Shown: positions 18,978-29,509, numbered from the stretch's first letter. The stretch is 64,000 nucleotides of DNA from Alkalispirochaeta sp. (GCA_965242725.1 CBDESZ010000016.1:224001-288000); one strand, 5' to 3'. The notes: generated by a model not told the origin, from the letters alone. Made by a program: numbers and translations.

Positions 18978-19967
18978 TCATCCATGGATAAAGACCACTT
19001 TTTCGTCGCCGAGCCGGTCCCGCAGCAGCCGGCCCACCGCCTCATGTACCGCCTGTATCTCCTCCTCCCGGTAGGTGACCAGCCCTCCGTCACGGCGAAA
19101 GGGGTGGTGGAGGAGCGCGCTGTCCCGTCGTTGAGGAGTGATTCTCCCCATGAAATCGCTTCCCATGCGGAACACGCCGTACGTTGCGGATTCGATCTTT
19201 TCCGGCGGGATTCGGTGAAAGAGCGTATGAATCATCTGACCGTACGCCTCACGCCAACCCGGCACGAGGAGAACCGGATCGACGGCGATACGGACGCGCC
19301 AGCCGTTGCGAATTGCCGTCTCCATTGCGAAGAGCCGGTTTTGAAAGCTGGCACATCCACGTTCATGACGGGATGCGATGAGGGGCGGAGAGAGGGACCA
19401 CACGAGGACAAAGCGGGAAGCGGCGGCGGAACGGACAAGACGGGAGGCCTCGCCTTTTGTGCGCACTTCCACCGTTACGTCCGGATGGTCTTTTGAGAAG
19501 GAGATCCATTCCGAGACGAGGGGGAGGATCTCCTCGAAGGCAAGAATATCGCTGAGATAGGAAATACTGAGCCACGTCTCCCGCATCGTCGCCTGCCGTT
19601 CGGCGGCGCGGTGAAAATCCGACGTATTGACGAAGACGAGGGAATGGCCCGACGCGTGCATACCCTGAAGAAAGCAGTACTCGCAGTTATAGACGCAATT
19701 GCGAAGCTGGTCGGTATAGAATACGGGAGTCTCCGACGCACCGGCGACGCGTTCCGTTGCTTCATAGAGAAAAGGTGGAGACGCGACGGCGGCAATGAGG
19801 GCGGGCGCGGCCTTTTGGGCCTGAAAGTCCTGACCGGGACGGTGAAAAAACTCGCCGTAGTGGTCAAGTTCGATGACGGGATGATCTCTGAAGAGAGAAA
19901 GAAGGCGTCGTCCATGGGCGTATTCTTTCGCCCCTTTCTCGATATAGAGGGCGTTATAGTGCTTCAT
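18978..19967 (-). CDS. Spore-photoproduct-lyase-like radical SAM protein
   Basis: NCVYNCEYCFLQG (CxxxCxxC), EVRTK, WSLSP and DPVL motifs. Start at ATG 19967. Confidence 0.82.
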   Translation of the reverse strand: MKHYNALYIEKGAKEYAHGRRLLSLFRDHPVIELDHYGEFFHRPGQDFQAQKAAPALIAAVASPPFLYEATERVAGASETPVFYTDQLRNCVYNCEYCFLQGMHASGHSLVFVNTSDFHRAAERQATMRETWLSISYLSDILAFEEILPLVSEWISFSKDHPDVTVEVRTKGEASRLVRSAAASRFVLVWSLSPPLIASRHERGCASFQNRLFAMETAIRNGWRVRIAVDPVLLVPGWREAYGQMIHTLFHRIPPEKIESATYGVFRMGSDFMGRITPQRRDSALLHHPFRRDGGLVTYREEEIQAVHEAVGRLLRDRLGDEKVVFIHG

Positions 19968-20772
19968 TGTTCCACTCCGACAGCTCCCGAAGGAGACGTC
20001 CCACGTCCCTGGCACGGTCCTGCCTGGACGGGACCGCTCCGGTACGGGCGGAGAGGGCGTTGCCGCCTGAATCGCGCAACGGGTCGGGCACCACCCCGGA
20101 ACGTACAGCCGCAGATCGTGCGGCAGCGGCGAGTTGCGCCCGCTGGGTGAAGCTCAGTCGGAGTTTGTGCGCAATATCAACGACAAGTCCGGCGGTCTCT
20201 CCGACGTGGGAGCCTCCGGACAGACGGTTTTCCCTCCGATCCACGTGATATGCGGTCTCCAGGGCTATGCGGAACGCCTCTTGTACGCCCTCCCGGGCGT
20301 GTGAGGGGTTCATGACCACACCGACAACCTGGAGGGGAGAGAGGACGCTTATCGCTGCCGATAGCGCCGCGGCGGCGGGGGGCGGGATGAGACGGCAGCC
20401 CCCATCCGCGGGGCCGGTATCGGCAACCGAAAGAGGTGTGATGTCACGGCCGACCACCACGTCGGGCATCCACGTTTCGTCGGCGGTACGACACCGGTAG
20501 ATGATACCGACATCGCCGTCGTCGCGATCGGGCGTACCGTGAAGATCCTGAAAGACCGTTGCAATGACGACGATTTCGGGACTCCGTCGGGCGATCGTGT
20601 GTCCCGCCATCGCCGCTGCGGCGATGCGTCGTTCCGGGAGGCGGTGGACTTCCGCGGAAACCTGTTCCGTCCCTTCTCCGGCGGTGAAGGCGCCTTTCTT
20701 TTGCCCCGGGCGGCGGATCGCGGCCGTCACACTGCGATGTATGCTGTTGTTATCCGTAAAGAAAAGTACCAT
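19954..20772 (-). CDS. Hypothetical protein overlapping the start of the SPL-like gene (possibly a degenerate nucleoside-phosphorylase-like partner)
   Basis: Open frame overlapping the radical SAM start by 14 bp. No clear catalytic motif, and the start is uncertain (20772 or 20811). Confidence 0.5.
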   Translation of the reverse strand: MVLFFTDNNSIHRSVTAAIRRPGQKKGAFTAGEGTEQVSAEVHRLPERRIAAAAMAGHTIARRSPEIVVIATVFQDLHGTPDRDDGDVGIIYRCRTADETWMPDVVVGRDITPLSVADTGPADGGCRLIPPPAAAALSAAISVLSPLQVVGVVMNPSHAREGVQEAFRIALETAYHVDRRENRLSGGSHVGETAGLVVDIAHKLRLSFTQRAQLAAAARSAAVRSGVVPDPLRDSGGNALSARTGAVPSRQDRARDVGRLLRELSEWNNEAL

Positions 20773-20807
20773 TCGACGATTCCGACAAAAATATACGACA
20801 GAATTTA

Positions 20808-20834
20808 TCATGTTAATACCCGCCCGGCCGATAA
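20808..20834 (+). promoter_or_regulatory. Sigma-28 (FliA)-type promoter upstream of an MCP gene
   Basis: TCATGTTA-N11-GCCGATAA compared with consensus TAAAGTTT-N11-GCCGATAA; the -10 box is perfect. Confidence 0.7.
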
Positions 20835-20892
20835 TTTGCAGGGAAAAAGAGGCTGGGGTAAAATAGACAGGTATTCAAAAAAGGAGTCATGA

Positions 20893-23148
20893 ATGGCGGA
20901 CGAAAAATCGGCTGTGTCCGGTGAAATGAATGAGCCGGAACGGGTGCCGGACGCCGGGGCACGGAGCTACTATCCAACGCGACGCAAACTTTTTCTGCTT
21001 ACCCTCGTCGCCCCGCTTGTCATTTTCTTCGGCGTCACCATACTGCTGGGATACCTCAACTTCCGACATAGTTTCGAACAGGAACAGGAGCGACTCGAGC
21101 TGATCGCCGAGTCGGTTGTCCTGGAAATTGAAACGTACGTTCAGGAGAATGCCCAGTTGCTGCGGGGACTCGTTCGTATCGATCCCCTGGTGGAACTCCT
21201 GCCCCGCATCGATGAGTTGAATGAAGAGCTGTACAATTCCGAAAATCTCCGCATCCCCCGGCAGATCATACAGGGAATCGGGGATCAGGACGGTATCGAT
21301 GCACTGTATATGGCCGGCGCGGGCACGGGGGGGCTCTTTGCCAATCGCTGGATTGCCCTTCCCGACGGGTATGACGCCCGGTCGCGGCCGTGGTATCTCG
21401 GGGCGGCACAATCGGGAGATCTGTACGTTACCGATCCCTACGAGACGGCAGATCAGGATATGGAAAACGCCCTGGTAATCAGTGTCGCCTACCCGATCAG
21501 GAGAAACGGGCAACTCCGCGGGGTTGCCGCACTTGATACGGGATTCGGAAGAATTTCCGAGATTGCCGCGGAAGCGGCGGCCGAGCACGACGTGTCCGTC
21601 TCTCTCTTCTCCCTGCGGGAGGAGACGATCATTTGGAGCGCCAGCCGGGAATCCTGGGGAACGCCTCTATCGGCGCTCGCAGCGGATCTCGGATACGGCG
21701 AGGATGATATACCGGTGCTCCTTGATAGTCTTCGGACCAACGGGATGCTCTATTTTGAAGGTCATGCAACGGGAATAGAAGGTGACGCGATGATACAGAC
21801 AAATCGTGTCCCCGGTGTTCCCGAATGGGGCATCCTGCTTTTTGCGGAAAAGAGAACGGTGACGCGGCAGATCATTCGCTCCGTCATTGCCCCGCTTCTG
21901 ACCGCCTCGATTATCTTTCTCGTCGCCCTGGGCATCAGTTTCCTCGTTGCCGCCGTTACCATTCTGCGACCCCTCAACTTCGTCAGTGACAGTCTGGGGG
22001 ATCTCGCCGGCGGGGCCGGTGACCTGACCGTATCCGTTTCGGTACGTACGAGAGACGATATCCGTCGTCTCGCAGACAATTTCAACGACTTTGTCGGGAA
22101 AATGCGCAGGCTGGTGATCAACATCAAGAACGCCGCGGCGGAGGAGACGGCGGTATCCCAGGAGCTGACGGCCTCGATCAATGAGACGAGTGCCGCCATG
22201 CACGAGATCGTCACGAACATGGAATCCATTGAGCGACAGGTTCACCGTCTGGATGAGTCCGTGGATACCTCGGCCACATCCGTAGAGGAGATTACCCGGA
22301 ACATACGCAACATGCTCAGTCAGATCTCCAACCAGGCGGCAATGGTTGAAGAGAGCAGCGCATCAACGACGGAGATGATCAGTTCCATAAACAGCGTCGC
22401 CGTCATCACCGAGCGGAAATCCGAGAGCATCCACAGTCTCAGCGCGTCGGCGGAACGGGGCAAGGAAAAACTGAACGAAATGAATCGAAGTTTCCTGGAA
22501 GGTGTCGTCAGTCGTATGGGTGAAATCCAGAAAATGACGGTGGAAATCGCCGGTATTGCCGCCCAGACCAACCTGCTGAGCATGAATGCCGCGATTGAAG
22601 CGGCCCACGCCGGAGACGTGGGCCGCGGTTTTGCCGTCGTGGCGGAAGAAATCAGAAAGCTGGCAGACGGCGCAGGGGGCAGCTCCAAGAGAATATCGGC
22701 GACCCTGAAATCGATCCTTTCCTCCGTGGAAGAGACAAAGAGCCATGTCGATGCCACGTCCCGGGAGTTTGACGTGATTATGGGTGAAGTTGACGATACG
22801 AAAAATGCATTCATGGAGATTCACTCAACCACGCAGGAGCTGAATGTCGGTGCCAATGAGATCACCAAGGCGGTCACGGAACTGAACAACGTCACAGCCG
22901 CCATTCAGACGGGCTCCCAGGAAATCGAGAAGGGGACGCAAACACTCCTTGATCATCAGGGAGTCCTCAGGGACGTCTCATCGGGGGTAACCAACGGTAT
23001 CAGGGAAATCGTCGCCGGTGCGAACGAAGTTCGCCAGTCGATGCAAATCCTCACCGACGAAAATCATCGTCTCCAACAGGCGGTGGAAACACTCAACTCC
23101 GAAGTGGGGCGTTTCAGGACGGAAGATGACGTGACGGAGGACACGTAA
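20893..23148 (+). CDS. Methyl-accepting chemotaxis protein with dCache sensor domain
   Basis: YDARSRPWY and TDPY dCache motifs, a HAMP domain, and [20 protein letters not shown]. Confidence 0.95.
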   Translation: MADEKSAVSGEMNEPERVPDAGARSYYPTRRKLFLLTLVAPLVIFFGVTILLGYLNFRHSFEQEQERLELIAESVVLEIETYVQENAQLLRGLVRIDPLVELLPRIDELNEELYNSENLRIPRQIIQGIGDQDGIDALYMAGAGTGGLFANRWIALPDGYDARSRPWYLGAAQSGDLYVTDPYETADQDMENALVISVAYPIRRNGQLRGVAALDTGFGRISEIAAEAAAEHDVSVSLFSLREETIIWSASRESWGTPLSALAADLGYGEDDIPVLLDSLRTNGMLYFEGHATGIEGDAMIQTNRVPGVPEWGILLFAEKRTVTRQIIRSVIAPLLTASIIFLVALGISFLVAAVTILRPLNFVSDSLGDLAGGAGDLTVSVSVRTRDDIRRLADNFNDFVGKMRRLVINIKNAAAEETAVSQELTASINETSAAMHEIVTNMESIERQVHRLDESVDTSATSVEEITRNIRNMLSQISNQAAMVEESSASTTEMISSINSVAVITERKSESIHSLSASAERGKEKLNEMNRSFLEGVVSRMGEIQKMTVEIAGIAAQTNLLSMNAAIEAAHAGDVGRGFAVVAEEIRKLADGAGGSSKRISATLKSILSSVEETKSHVDATSREFDVIMGEVDDTKNAFMEIHSTTQELNVGANEITKAVTELNNVTAAIQTGSQEIEKGTQTLLDHQGVLRDVSSGVTNGIREIVAGANEVRQSMQILTDENHRLQQAVETLNSEVGRFRTEDDVTEDT

Positions 23149-23179
23149 CGGCGCGTGCCTCCGGCTTCATGCATTGAAC

Positions 23180-25099
23180 TTACTCGAGAGGGGAGAGTGA
23201 TACCGGATCGGCAGAGGGAGATTCCGGCTGCCCCGGTTCTTTCGTTGCGGGAAGGAGACCAATCAGGTCAACGTTTGTATCCTCTCCCTCCACCAGGTTG
23301 TCCGGGGCCACCTCTTCCAGCGCCTCGTCCGAGTCATCTTCCACACCGGTTTTGAATACGCTTATCTCCATGTCCAGCGTCTCAGAGACGGAGTCGAGGC
23401 GATTTGTCTGATCCGTTACGTTGTCCAGCCCCTCATGCATGATGTGGGTCGCATCGAGAATGATGCCGACGCGCTGCACGACCTGGCCGGAAAGGGAGGT
23501 GACCTCCTCGGTCGCCTGTCTGTTGTCCCGTACCGCCGCCGACATGGCGTCGCCGCTTTCGGTGACGGTGGCGGAAACGTCGTTGAGGCGATGCATCGCT
23601 TCCAGAATCTGCCGTCCTCCCACCTCCAGCTCCGCCGTACTGCCGATGATCTCTTCAAAGGCGGCAACGGCGTCGTTCACCTCGGTTCCGATACGGTGGA
23701 ATACCGCCCGGGTCGTCTCACCTGCGTCGGCGGCGTTCCTGATATTCCCGATGATCCCCGAGAGGACATCGTTGATTTGACGCGAGTTGATTGCCGATGC
23801 CTCGGCGAGTTTCCGGATCTCACCGGCGACAACGGCAAATCCTCTGCCCGACTCTCCGGCGTGGGCCGCTTCTATGGCGGCGTTCATGGCAAGCAGGTGA
23901 GTCCTGTCGGCCATATCGTTGATCACGGTAACGGCGGCGTGTATTTCGTCGATGCTGCTGTGGATTTTATCGATTATCCCGGCAGTGTTTTCCATTTTTC
24001 GCAGTCCCTCGGATGCGCTTGATCCGAGGGTATCCATGGATTCCCGTTTCTGTGTCGTCGTGGTGTGAATGTTTCCGATGGAACTGATCATTTCCGTCAC
24101 CGACGCCGTCGATTCCTCGATCATCGTGACCTGATCGTTCAGGACGCTTTTCAGACGCTCTACGTTGCTCTGCACCGTCTCAACGGTCTGCCGGGAGACA
24201 TCGACGGCGGCGCCCAGGCGGGACATATCGTTATTAATGGACTGGGCCCCCGATGTAACGCCGTCAACCATTTCGGTGAGGGCGGCGACGCCGTTTACAA
24301 GTTTTCCCTTGATGGTGACGTTGCTGCCTGAAGCACGCTTCACCCGAGCCATCGATCGTCCCAGTTCTTCCGTGAAGGTGTTGACGTCACCGCTCAAACG
24401 GCCCAGTTCGTCTTTGCTTTTCACGGCGATACGATCCGCCAGATCGCCTTCCTTCATTTTCTGGATACCCCGCTCGATCATCACAATCCGCCGGCTGATG
24501 CTCCGGGCGACGATCAATCCGATGGTGACTGAAAAGAAGACGACGACGGAGATAAAGACGATGAGAATCGTCTTGAATCGCTGCTGAATGGCGGCGATTT
24601 CCGCCGCCACCTGCTGGGACTGCATACTCAGGTTCTGCATTGCCCCTGAAGTGGTGAAATCAAGGACATGGGTTGCCCGGGTCAGTACTTCCTCTTCGTC
24701 GTCACCTTCGGTTTCGGCGGTTTCCGCGGTTGCCGCCTCGAGAAAGGTTGTAAAACCTCCGTCGATAGCCGTCTGGAAACGGGGCATCGTTCCAAGGGCG
24801 TTTTGAACGGTTTCATTGATGGTCGGGAGCACCCGGGCTTCCGCGACAGCCTGGAAGGCGCGGTCAAGTTTGGATTTCTGAAGACGAATTACCTGAAGTT
24901 GAGAGTTGTAATCCTCCTGATGGAGGCGGCCCACCTCATAGGCAAAGGTCATGAGTGCTTTTTCAAGGTCTTCCAGGGTCTCCTGTTCACGTTCTATCGT
25001 GGCAATTCTGTTTTCGACGAGAAACTGTGCGCCGAAAGAAATAACATTTGCCGCGCCTACCAATACAACCAGGACGACAAGTTTTACGCGAATCGACAT
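23180..25099 (-). CDS. Methyl-accepting chemotaxis protein
   Basis: Two TMs, HAMP (DELGRL) and [34 protein letters not shown]. Confidence 0.95.
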   Translation of the reverse strand: MSIRVKLVVLVVLVGAANVISFGAQFLVENRIATIEREQETLEDLEKALMTFAYEVGRLHQEDYNSQLQVIRLQKSKLDRAFQAVAEARVLPTINETVQNALGTMPRFQTAIDGGFTTFLEAATAETAETEGDDEEEVLTRATHVLDFTTSGAMQNLSMQSQQVAAEIAAIQQRFKTILIVFISVVVFFSVTIGLIVARSISRRIVMIERGIQKMKEGDLADRIAVKSKDELGRLSGDVNTFTEELGRSMARVKRASGSNVTIKGKLVNGVAALTEMVDGVTSGAQSINNDMSRLGAAVDVSRQTVETVQSNVERLKSVLNDQVTMIEESTASVTEMISSIGNIHTTTTQKRESMDTLGSSASEGLRKMENTAGIIDKIHSSIDEIHAAVTVINDMADRTHLLAMNAAIEAAHAGESGRGFAVVAGEIRKLAEASAINSRQINDVLSGIIGNIRNAADAGETTRAVFHRIGTEVNDAVAAFEEIIGSTAELEVGGRQILEAMHRLNDVSATVTESGDAMSAAVRDNRQATEEVTSLSGQVVQRVGIILDATHIMHEGLDNVTDQTNRLDSVSETLDMEISVFKTGVEDDSDEALEEVAPDNLVEGEDTNVDLIGLLPATKEPGQPESPSADPVSLSPLE

Positions 25100-25206
25100 G
25101 GACGTCCGCCTCCAGAGTTAGGTGATAGTTTTGTCCACGATTATTAAAAAGGAGCGAGCTATGATTTTCGCATCCGCTACGGGAGCTGTCAACATGTAAC
25201 GCCGAC

Positions 25207-25233
25207 TCCACCGGAACTACCCGTTCCGGTGGA
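25207..25233 (-). terminator. Perfect 11-bp hairpin just after the rsgA stop
   Basis: TCCACCGGAAC-N5-GTTCCGGTGGA, with no clear U-tract. Confidence 0.5.
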
Positions 25234-25240
25234 CAATCAG

Positions 25241-26326
25241 TCAGCCTTTCTTGAATCGCCGTTGTTCCTTTGCGATCGCTTTCCATTTCCTTTGTTCGTC
25301 CTGCCGCGCCTTCTGGTCCCGCCGGCGGTGGAGGTACGCAAGCTCACGCCGGTACTCCCGGTACGCCTCGTACCGGTCCGGTGAAAGCTCACCCGTTTCG
25401 AGAGCTTCCCGGACACGGCATCCCGGTTCACCGTCGTGAGTGCAATCGCGGAAACGGCAACCTCCGGCGAGGGATTCGATCTCGGGAAACGCGTCGTCCA
25501 GCGCCTCGTCATCCGCCCACACCTGGAGCTCCCGGAGTCCCGGCAGGTCCGCGACGATTGCACCGCCGTCGATGATGTGGAGTTCCTTGTGTGTCGTCGT
25601 ATGGCGTCCGCTGAGGTCTCCCCTGCGCAGACCGCCCGTCCGTGCGCGTTCCGTTCCGGCAAGGGCGTTTACCAGCGCCGACTTTCCCACGCCGCTCTTT
25701 CCAAGCAACCCGATCGTCCTGCCTTCTGTTGCCTCTTCACGGAGTCCGGCGATCCCGTCGCCCCGGAGGGCACTGACGATATGACAGGCGACGCCCGGCG
25801 CCGCAGCGGCGAGCGCCCCCGTGACGGTGTCCATGGTTTCCCGTGTCGCGCAGTCCACCTTGTTGAGGACGACGACGGGCCGTGCCCCCGACTGTCGCGC
25901 CGCCACGAGGGAGCGTTCAAGCAGTCCGACGGTGAAGTTTCGCCCTCCGTCCAGACCGAAGACGAGGAAAATCACATCGATGTTTGCAACGAAGAGCTGC
26001 TCCACCGTCACATTTCCCGCAGCCGCCCGGGAGAGTGACGTTTTCCGGGGGAGAACGGCGTGTATGATCCCTTCCTCGGGGGTAAGGACAACCCAGTCAC
26101 CCAGGACGGGAAAGTCTGAAGGCTGGATCGCCCGAAATTCAAACGCTCCCGAGACGCGGCTGTCGATGAAGTGAATCCGATCGTCATCGTCGGCGTGGAC
26201 GACGCGATATATGTGATGCGTCTGCCGAACGACGCGTCCGACGGTGGTACCGTCCAGAATGTGTGAAGAAGCGATGGCGGTGAGGTCTTCCGTCCATCCC
26301 CAGCTGTGAAGGGTTGTGTCTTCCAT
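25241..26326 (-). CDS. rsgA: Ribosome small subunit-dependent GTPase A
   Basis: GDWV, ANID, NKVD, GKSGVGKS, GRHTTT, DLPG and the Zn-binding CRFRDCTHDGEPGC. Confidence 0.93.
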   Translation of the reverse strand: MEDTTLHSWGWTEDLTAIASSHILDGTTVGRVVRQTHHIYRVVHADDDDRIHFIDSRVSGAFEFRAIQPSDFPVLGDWVVLTPEEGIIHAVLPRKTSLSRAAAGNVTVEQLFVANIDVIFLVFGLDGGRNFTVGLLERSLVAARQSGARPVVVLNKVDCATRETMDTVTGALAAAAPGVACHIVSALRGDGIAGLREEATEGRTIGLLGKSGVGKSALVNALAGTERARTGGLRRGDLSGRHTTTHKELHIIDGGAIVADLPGLRELQVWADDEALDDAFPEIESLAGGCRFRDCTHDGEPGCRVREALETGELSPDRYEAYREYRRELAYLHRRRDQKARQDEQRKWKAIAKEQRRFKKG

Positions 26327-26473
26327 GACCCGATCCTTGAGGCGTCACCAATGAGAGTTCGAATGATGAATGCCGCTGTTCAACAGGCGGATACAGGAAT
26401 GGTACCTGCCAGGTGACGATAAAATTGCCCGACGCGAAAGGAACGGTGTTTGCCGATAACGAACCAACGGACG

Positions 26474-26530
26474 TTACAGGGCCGTTACACTCTCCTGAAC
26501 AGGAGCATTTTGAAGAGCAATGACCGACAT
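26474..26530 (-). CDS. Candidate 18-aa leader peptide (uORF) upstream of rsgA: MSVIALQNAPVQESVTAL
   Basis: Perfect AGGAGG (26537-26542) 6 nt before the ATG, just downstream of a near-consensus promoter. Confidence 0.55.
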   Translation of the reverse strand: MSVIALQNAPVQESVTAL

Positions 26531-26561
26531 GTACGACCTCCTGAAACAGACAAGATGTGAA

Positions 26562-26590
26562 ATTGTACGACCAGATCAGCGCAGCGTCAA
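26562..26590 (-). promoter_or_regulatory. Sigma-70 promoter for the rsgA leader
   Basis: TTGACG-17 bp-TACAAT on the minus strand. Confidence 0.7.
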
Positions 26591-27409
26591 CGCCGTACCG
26601 AGGGTCACCGTTGTCAGATTGATCCAGTTGAAGGTGAACGATTCCGGATCGTCGTTTTCCGCGCCTCCTCCGAGGTAGCGATAATTCACAAAGAACTCCA
26701 CTCCCTTGCCCGCTGAGTACCCCGCCCGGACGGAGGCATCCAGGAGGGCGCCGGCGGTATTATTGTCGCTGCCGTTGAGGTAACTGATGGGTGCGTATAT
26801 TCCGTCCATTTCCGTACCCACCCAGAAACGGCGGGAAAGATCGTAGCGCATGCGGAATTTCAGCAGGGGAACGGGACCCACATCGGCTGAACGATAGTAC
26901 CCCTCCGGAGGAACGATCCCTCCTCCGTCGTCCTTTCCGCCGGATGCTTCAAACTCGATATTAGCGTTCCGTATTTGCAGTGACGCCCCCGCCGCCACCG
27001 TAAGTCTGGGTCCGGTGACAATCTCATTGAGGTAACTCAACCGATAAAAGGGAAAGCTGTAGACGAGATTGAGGGTGGAACCGGAAAAATCCTCTCCGTC
27101 TACGGTAAAGGCGGCGGGCATGGACACCCTGGTCTCCAGGAGAAGGGGCTGGTAGAGAAAGACGACGGTATGCCGACTCACCGCAAGTTCCGCCGAAAAA
27201 CGGTTCACCGGAAAGAGTACGTCCTGGCCACCGTCCTGGTGATAGAGAATCGTCTCATCGTCGTCGGAAAATGCAATGCGATGGTCCACGACGTCAAGAA
27301 AACCCGCCTCCGCAATGAGGCGGATCGACGGCTGCGACTGAGCCGCCAGGGACGGAACAAGAAAGAGCGGAATACAGAGAGTAACGACAATCAATCGACG
27401 CATATTCAC
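26576..27409 (-). CDS. Hypothetical secreted or outer-membrane beta-barrel protein
   Basis: Signal peptide and aromatic-rich amphipathic beta strands. Confidence 0.6.
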   Translation of the reverse strand: MNMRRLIVVTLCIPLFLVPSLAAQSQPSIRLIAEAGFLDVVDHRIAFSDDDETILYHQDGGQDVLFPVNRFSAELAVSRHTVVFLYQPLLLETRVSMPAAFTVDGEDFSGSTLNLVYSFPFYRLSYLNEIVTGPRLTVAAGASLQIRNANIEFEASGGKDDGGGIVPPEGYYRSADVGPVPLLKFRMRYDLSRRFWVGTEMDGIYAPISYLNGSDNNTAGALLDASVRAGYSAGKGVEFFVNYRYLGGGAENDDPESFTFNWINLTTVTLGTALTLR

Positions 27410-27470
27410 CGCCTTTGAATACCTGGTATGCCTCTATTGTACGTACGTGGAATGGCTTCCTGCAAATCGT

Positions 27471-28817
27471 TCAACCGCCGCAGGCGTCGCCGGCGACCCA
27501 CCCTCCCGCCCAGCAGATCTGAAGACTGTAGCCGCCGCTCTGACGGTTGAAATCAAGCAGATCTCCGAGGACGTATACGTTGGGTACCTTCCGCAACCGC
27601 ATCGTCCGGAAATCAACTTCCGAAGGGTGAACGCCACCGCTGGAAACAACAGCCTTGTCCCGACCCATGAGGCCGTCGTAGCGGCAGGGAATCCCGGTGA
27701 GGCGCGATACGATGGTGCGTCTGCCGTCACGGGAAAGGGTTGCAAGTTTCTGGTCGGCAGGTATACCCGCGACGGTACAAATTCCACGGGCGAGACGGGG
27801 CGCAACCAGCTCGGACAGAAGCTTTCCCACCGTCTTTTTGCCCCGTTCTGCGACCGCCGTGAGGATGTATCGATCCGTTTCCGCGGGATCCGTATCGGGC
27901 CGGGGATTGATGAGCAGCCGGAACGGCGTCGTCCCCGCGAGCTCTTCCAGCTCCGCCGATGAGTTGAGCGCCGCGGGACCGCTCAGACCGAAATGGGTAA
28001 AGAGAAGCTTGCCCCGTCGTATGACCCTGCGCTTTCCATTTGCCCAGAACGCCTCGTTGTATGCGTCGGGCCCATCGTTACCGGCCGGGCCGGCCGGCGG
28101 ACCGTCTTTCACCGGCGGTACGGTCTGTGCAATCAGCTCCGCATCCTGAATCGCAAGGCCCTGCAACTCCGTCACCCAACGGTCGGAAACGCGGATCGGT
28201 ACGAGGGCGCTCTCGGCAACCCGTACCGCCACGCCCAGCCGGGATAGCCATGGCAGGGCGTCGCCGGTTGATCCCGTATCGGGCCGCGCCGTTCCGCCCG
28301 TTGATAGAACGAACTCGCGTCCCGCGATGATTTCTCCCCGCTTCGTCTGCACAGCCCGCACCGTCCGGGGCGAATCGTCGGCGGTCACCAGCGACGCGAC
28401 GGCACAGTTCCGACGGATCGCAACACCGCCGTCCGACATGTACGATTCAAGGGCCGCGCGAACCGATACGGCGTTGTCCGTTACGGGAAAAACACGTCCT
28501 TCCGCTTCCACTTTTGTCGCCAGTCCGTATCGGTCAAAGAGCGCGCGAGTCTCGTCAGGCCCGAATCGGGCGAAGAGACTGTGCAGGTGTACACCATTCT
28601 TGCCGTATTTTCCCGTCAGGACGTGGCGGTTCGTCACGGCGTTGGTGATGTTGCAACGGCCGCCGCCGGTGAGAACCAGTTTCCTGCCGAGAACGTGATT
28701 TTTTTCAAGAAGGATGACCCGCAGGCCCCGTTCCGCGGCGCGGCCTGCGGCGGTCATGCCGGCGGGGCCGCCGCCCACGACGACCACGTCCCACAGAGCG
28801 TCGTCTGATGCACCCAT
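27471..28817 (-). CDS. HI0933/BaiN-family FAD-dependent oxidoreductase
   Basis: GGGPAG, GRKLVLTGGGRCNITN, GRVFP, LLFTHFGLSGP and GGYSLQ. Confidence 0.92.
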   Translation of the reverse strand: MGASDDALWDVVVVGGGPAGMTAAGRAAERGLRVILLEKNHVLGRKLVLTGGGRCNITNAVTNRHVLTGKYGKNGVHLHSLFARFGPDETRALFDRYGLATKVEAEGRVFPVTDNAVSVRAALESYMSDGGVAIRRNCAVASLVTADDSPRTVRAVQTKRGEIIAGREFVLSTGGTARPDTGSTGDALPWLSRLGVAVRVAESALVPIRVSDRWVTELQGLAIQDAELIAQTVPPVKDGPPAGPAGNDGPDAYNEAFWANGKRRVIRRGKLLFTHFGLSGPAALNSSAELEELAGTTPFRLLINPRPDTDPAETDRYILTAVAERGKKTVGKLLSELVAPRLARGICTVAGIPADQKLATLSRDGRRTIVSRLTGIPCRYDGLMGRDKAVVSSGGVHPSEVDFRTMRLRKVPNVYVLGDLLDFNRQSGGYSLQICWAGGWVAGDACGG

Positions 28818-28873
28818 GGCAGAAAAATAACGCGCGCAACCGGGTGATTACAACGGGGCGGCGGCGTTTGATC

Positions 28874-28899
28874 CGGTGAGATGCACATGCACCTCACCG
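28874..28899 (-). terminator. Hairpin downstream of the lipoprotein gene
   Basis: CGGTGAG-a-TGCA...TGCA-c-CTCACCG inverted repeat. Confidence 0.4.
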
Positions 28900-28918
28900 A
28901 ATGGTGCGACCGGTATTC

Positions 28919-29509
28919 CTACGCCTCCGGGCGCACGACCGTCAGTGTCTCCGTTGCGGATACGTTGTCCGTTACATAGGCGTTTACCCGTATGAGCGTC
29001 TCCGTGTAGTAGAGGGGCACATCGACGGAAAAAGAACCGGTTTCGTCTACGGAGATTCTGGTACCCGTTACGGTGATCATCGCCGCCGGATCCGAAACGG
29101 ATCCGGAAACGGTTATTGAGGTACCCGTCGTTTCCGTCATTTCTTCCGGAGTCGCGATGCTGAGGGACAAGGCGCGGGTAACCGTCAACGACCGTGTGGC
29201 GGGAGTGACCCCTTCCTTCTCTGCACGAATACTGATGCGGTTGGCTCCGTAGTTGAGGGGAATGGTGTGGCTGAATGCACCGTCCGTGGACAGAGCAACG
29301 GTCTGACCATTTATTGTGAGTGTTGCCGATCGGTCCGACACGACCCCGCTGACGAGTGTTTCTCCCTCCGAGACGGTGCCCCGGGTTGACGGCGTGGTGA
29401 CTTCGATCGTCAGACGCTGATTTCTGGACGGGGTGCCACACCCTGCAAGGAGGAATACCCCAAGAACAGTGATGGCGAGTACCATCGTGGGGACTCTTTT
29501 TTTTGTCAT
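28919..29509 (-). CDS. Lipoprotein with two tandem Ig-like repeats
   Basis: GGAGG RBS, lipobox LAG-C, and repeats VSG.VSD..A.(L/I)T..G.....G.FS...PL.Y. Confidence 0.75.
   Translation of the reverse strand: MTKKRVPTMVLAITVLGVFLLAGCGTPSRNQRLTIEVTTPSTRGTVSEGETLVSGVVSDRSATLTINGQTVALSTDGAFSHTIPLNYGANRISIRAEKEGVTPATRSLTVTRALSLSIATPEEMTETTGTSITVSGSVSDPAAMITVTGTRISVDETGSFSVDVPLYYTETLIRVNAYVTDNVSATETLTVVRPEA

Noticed and set aside
29497..29504. T8/A8 run near the lipoprotein start (and A8 at 43631-43638) as phase-variation tracts
   Set aside because: The runs are short. The first is in frame and encodes the basic signal-peptide residues, and the second is intergenic.
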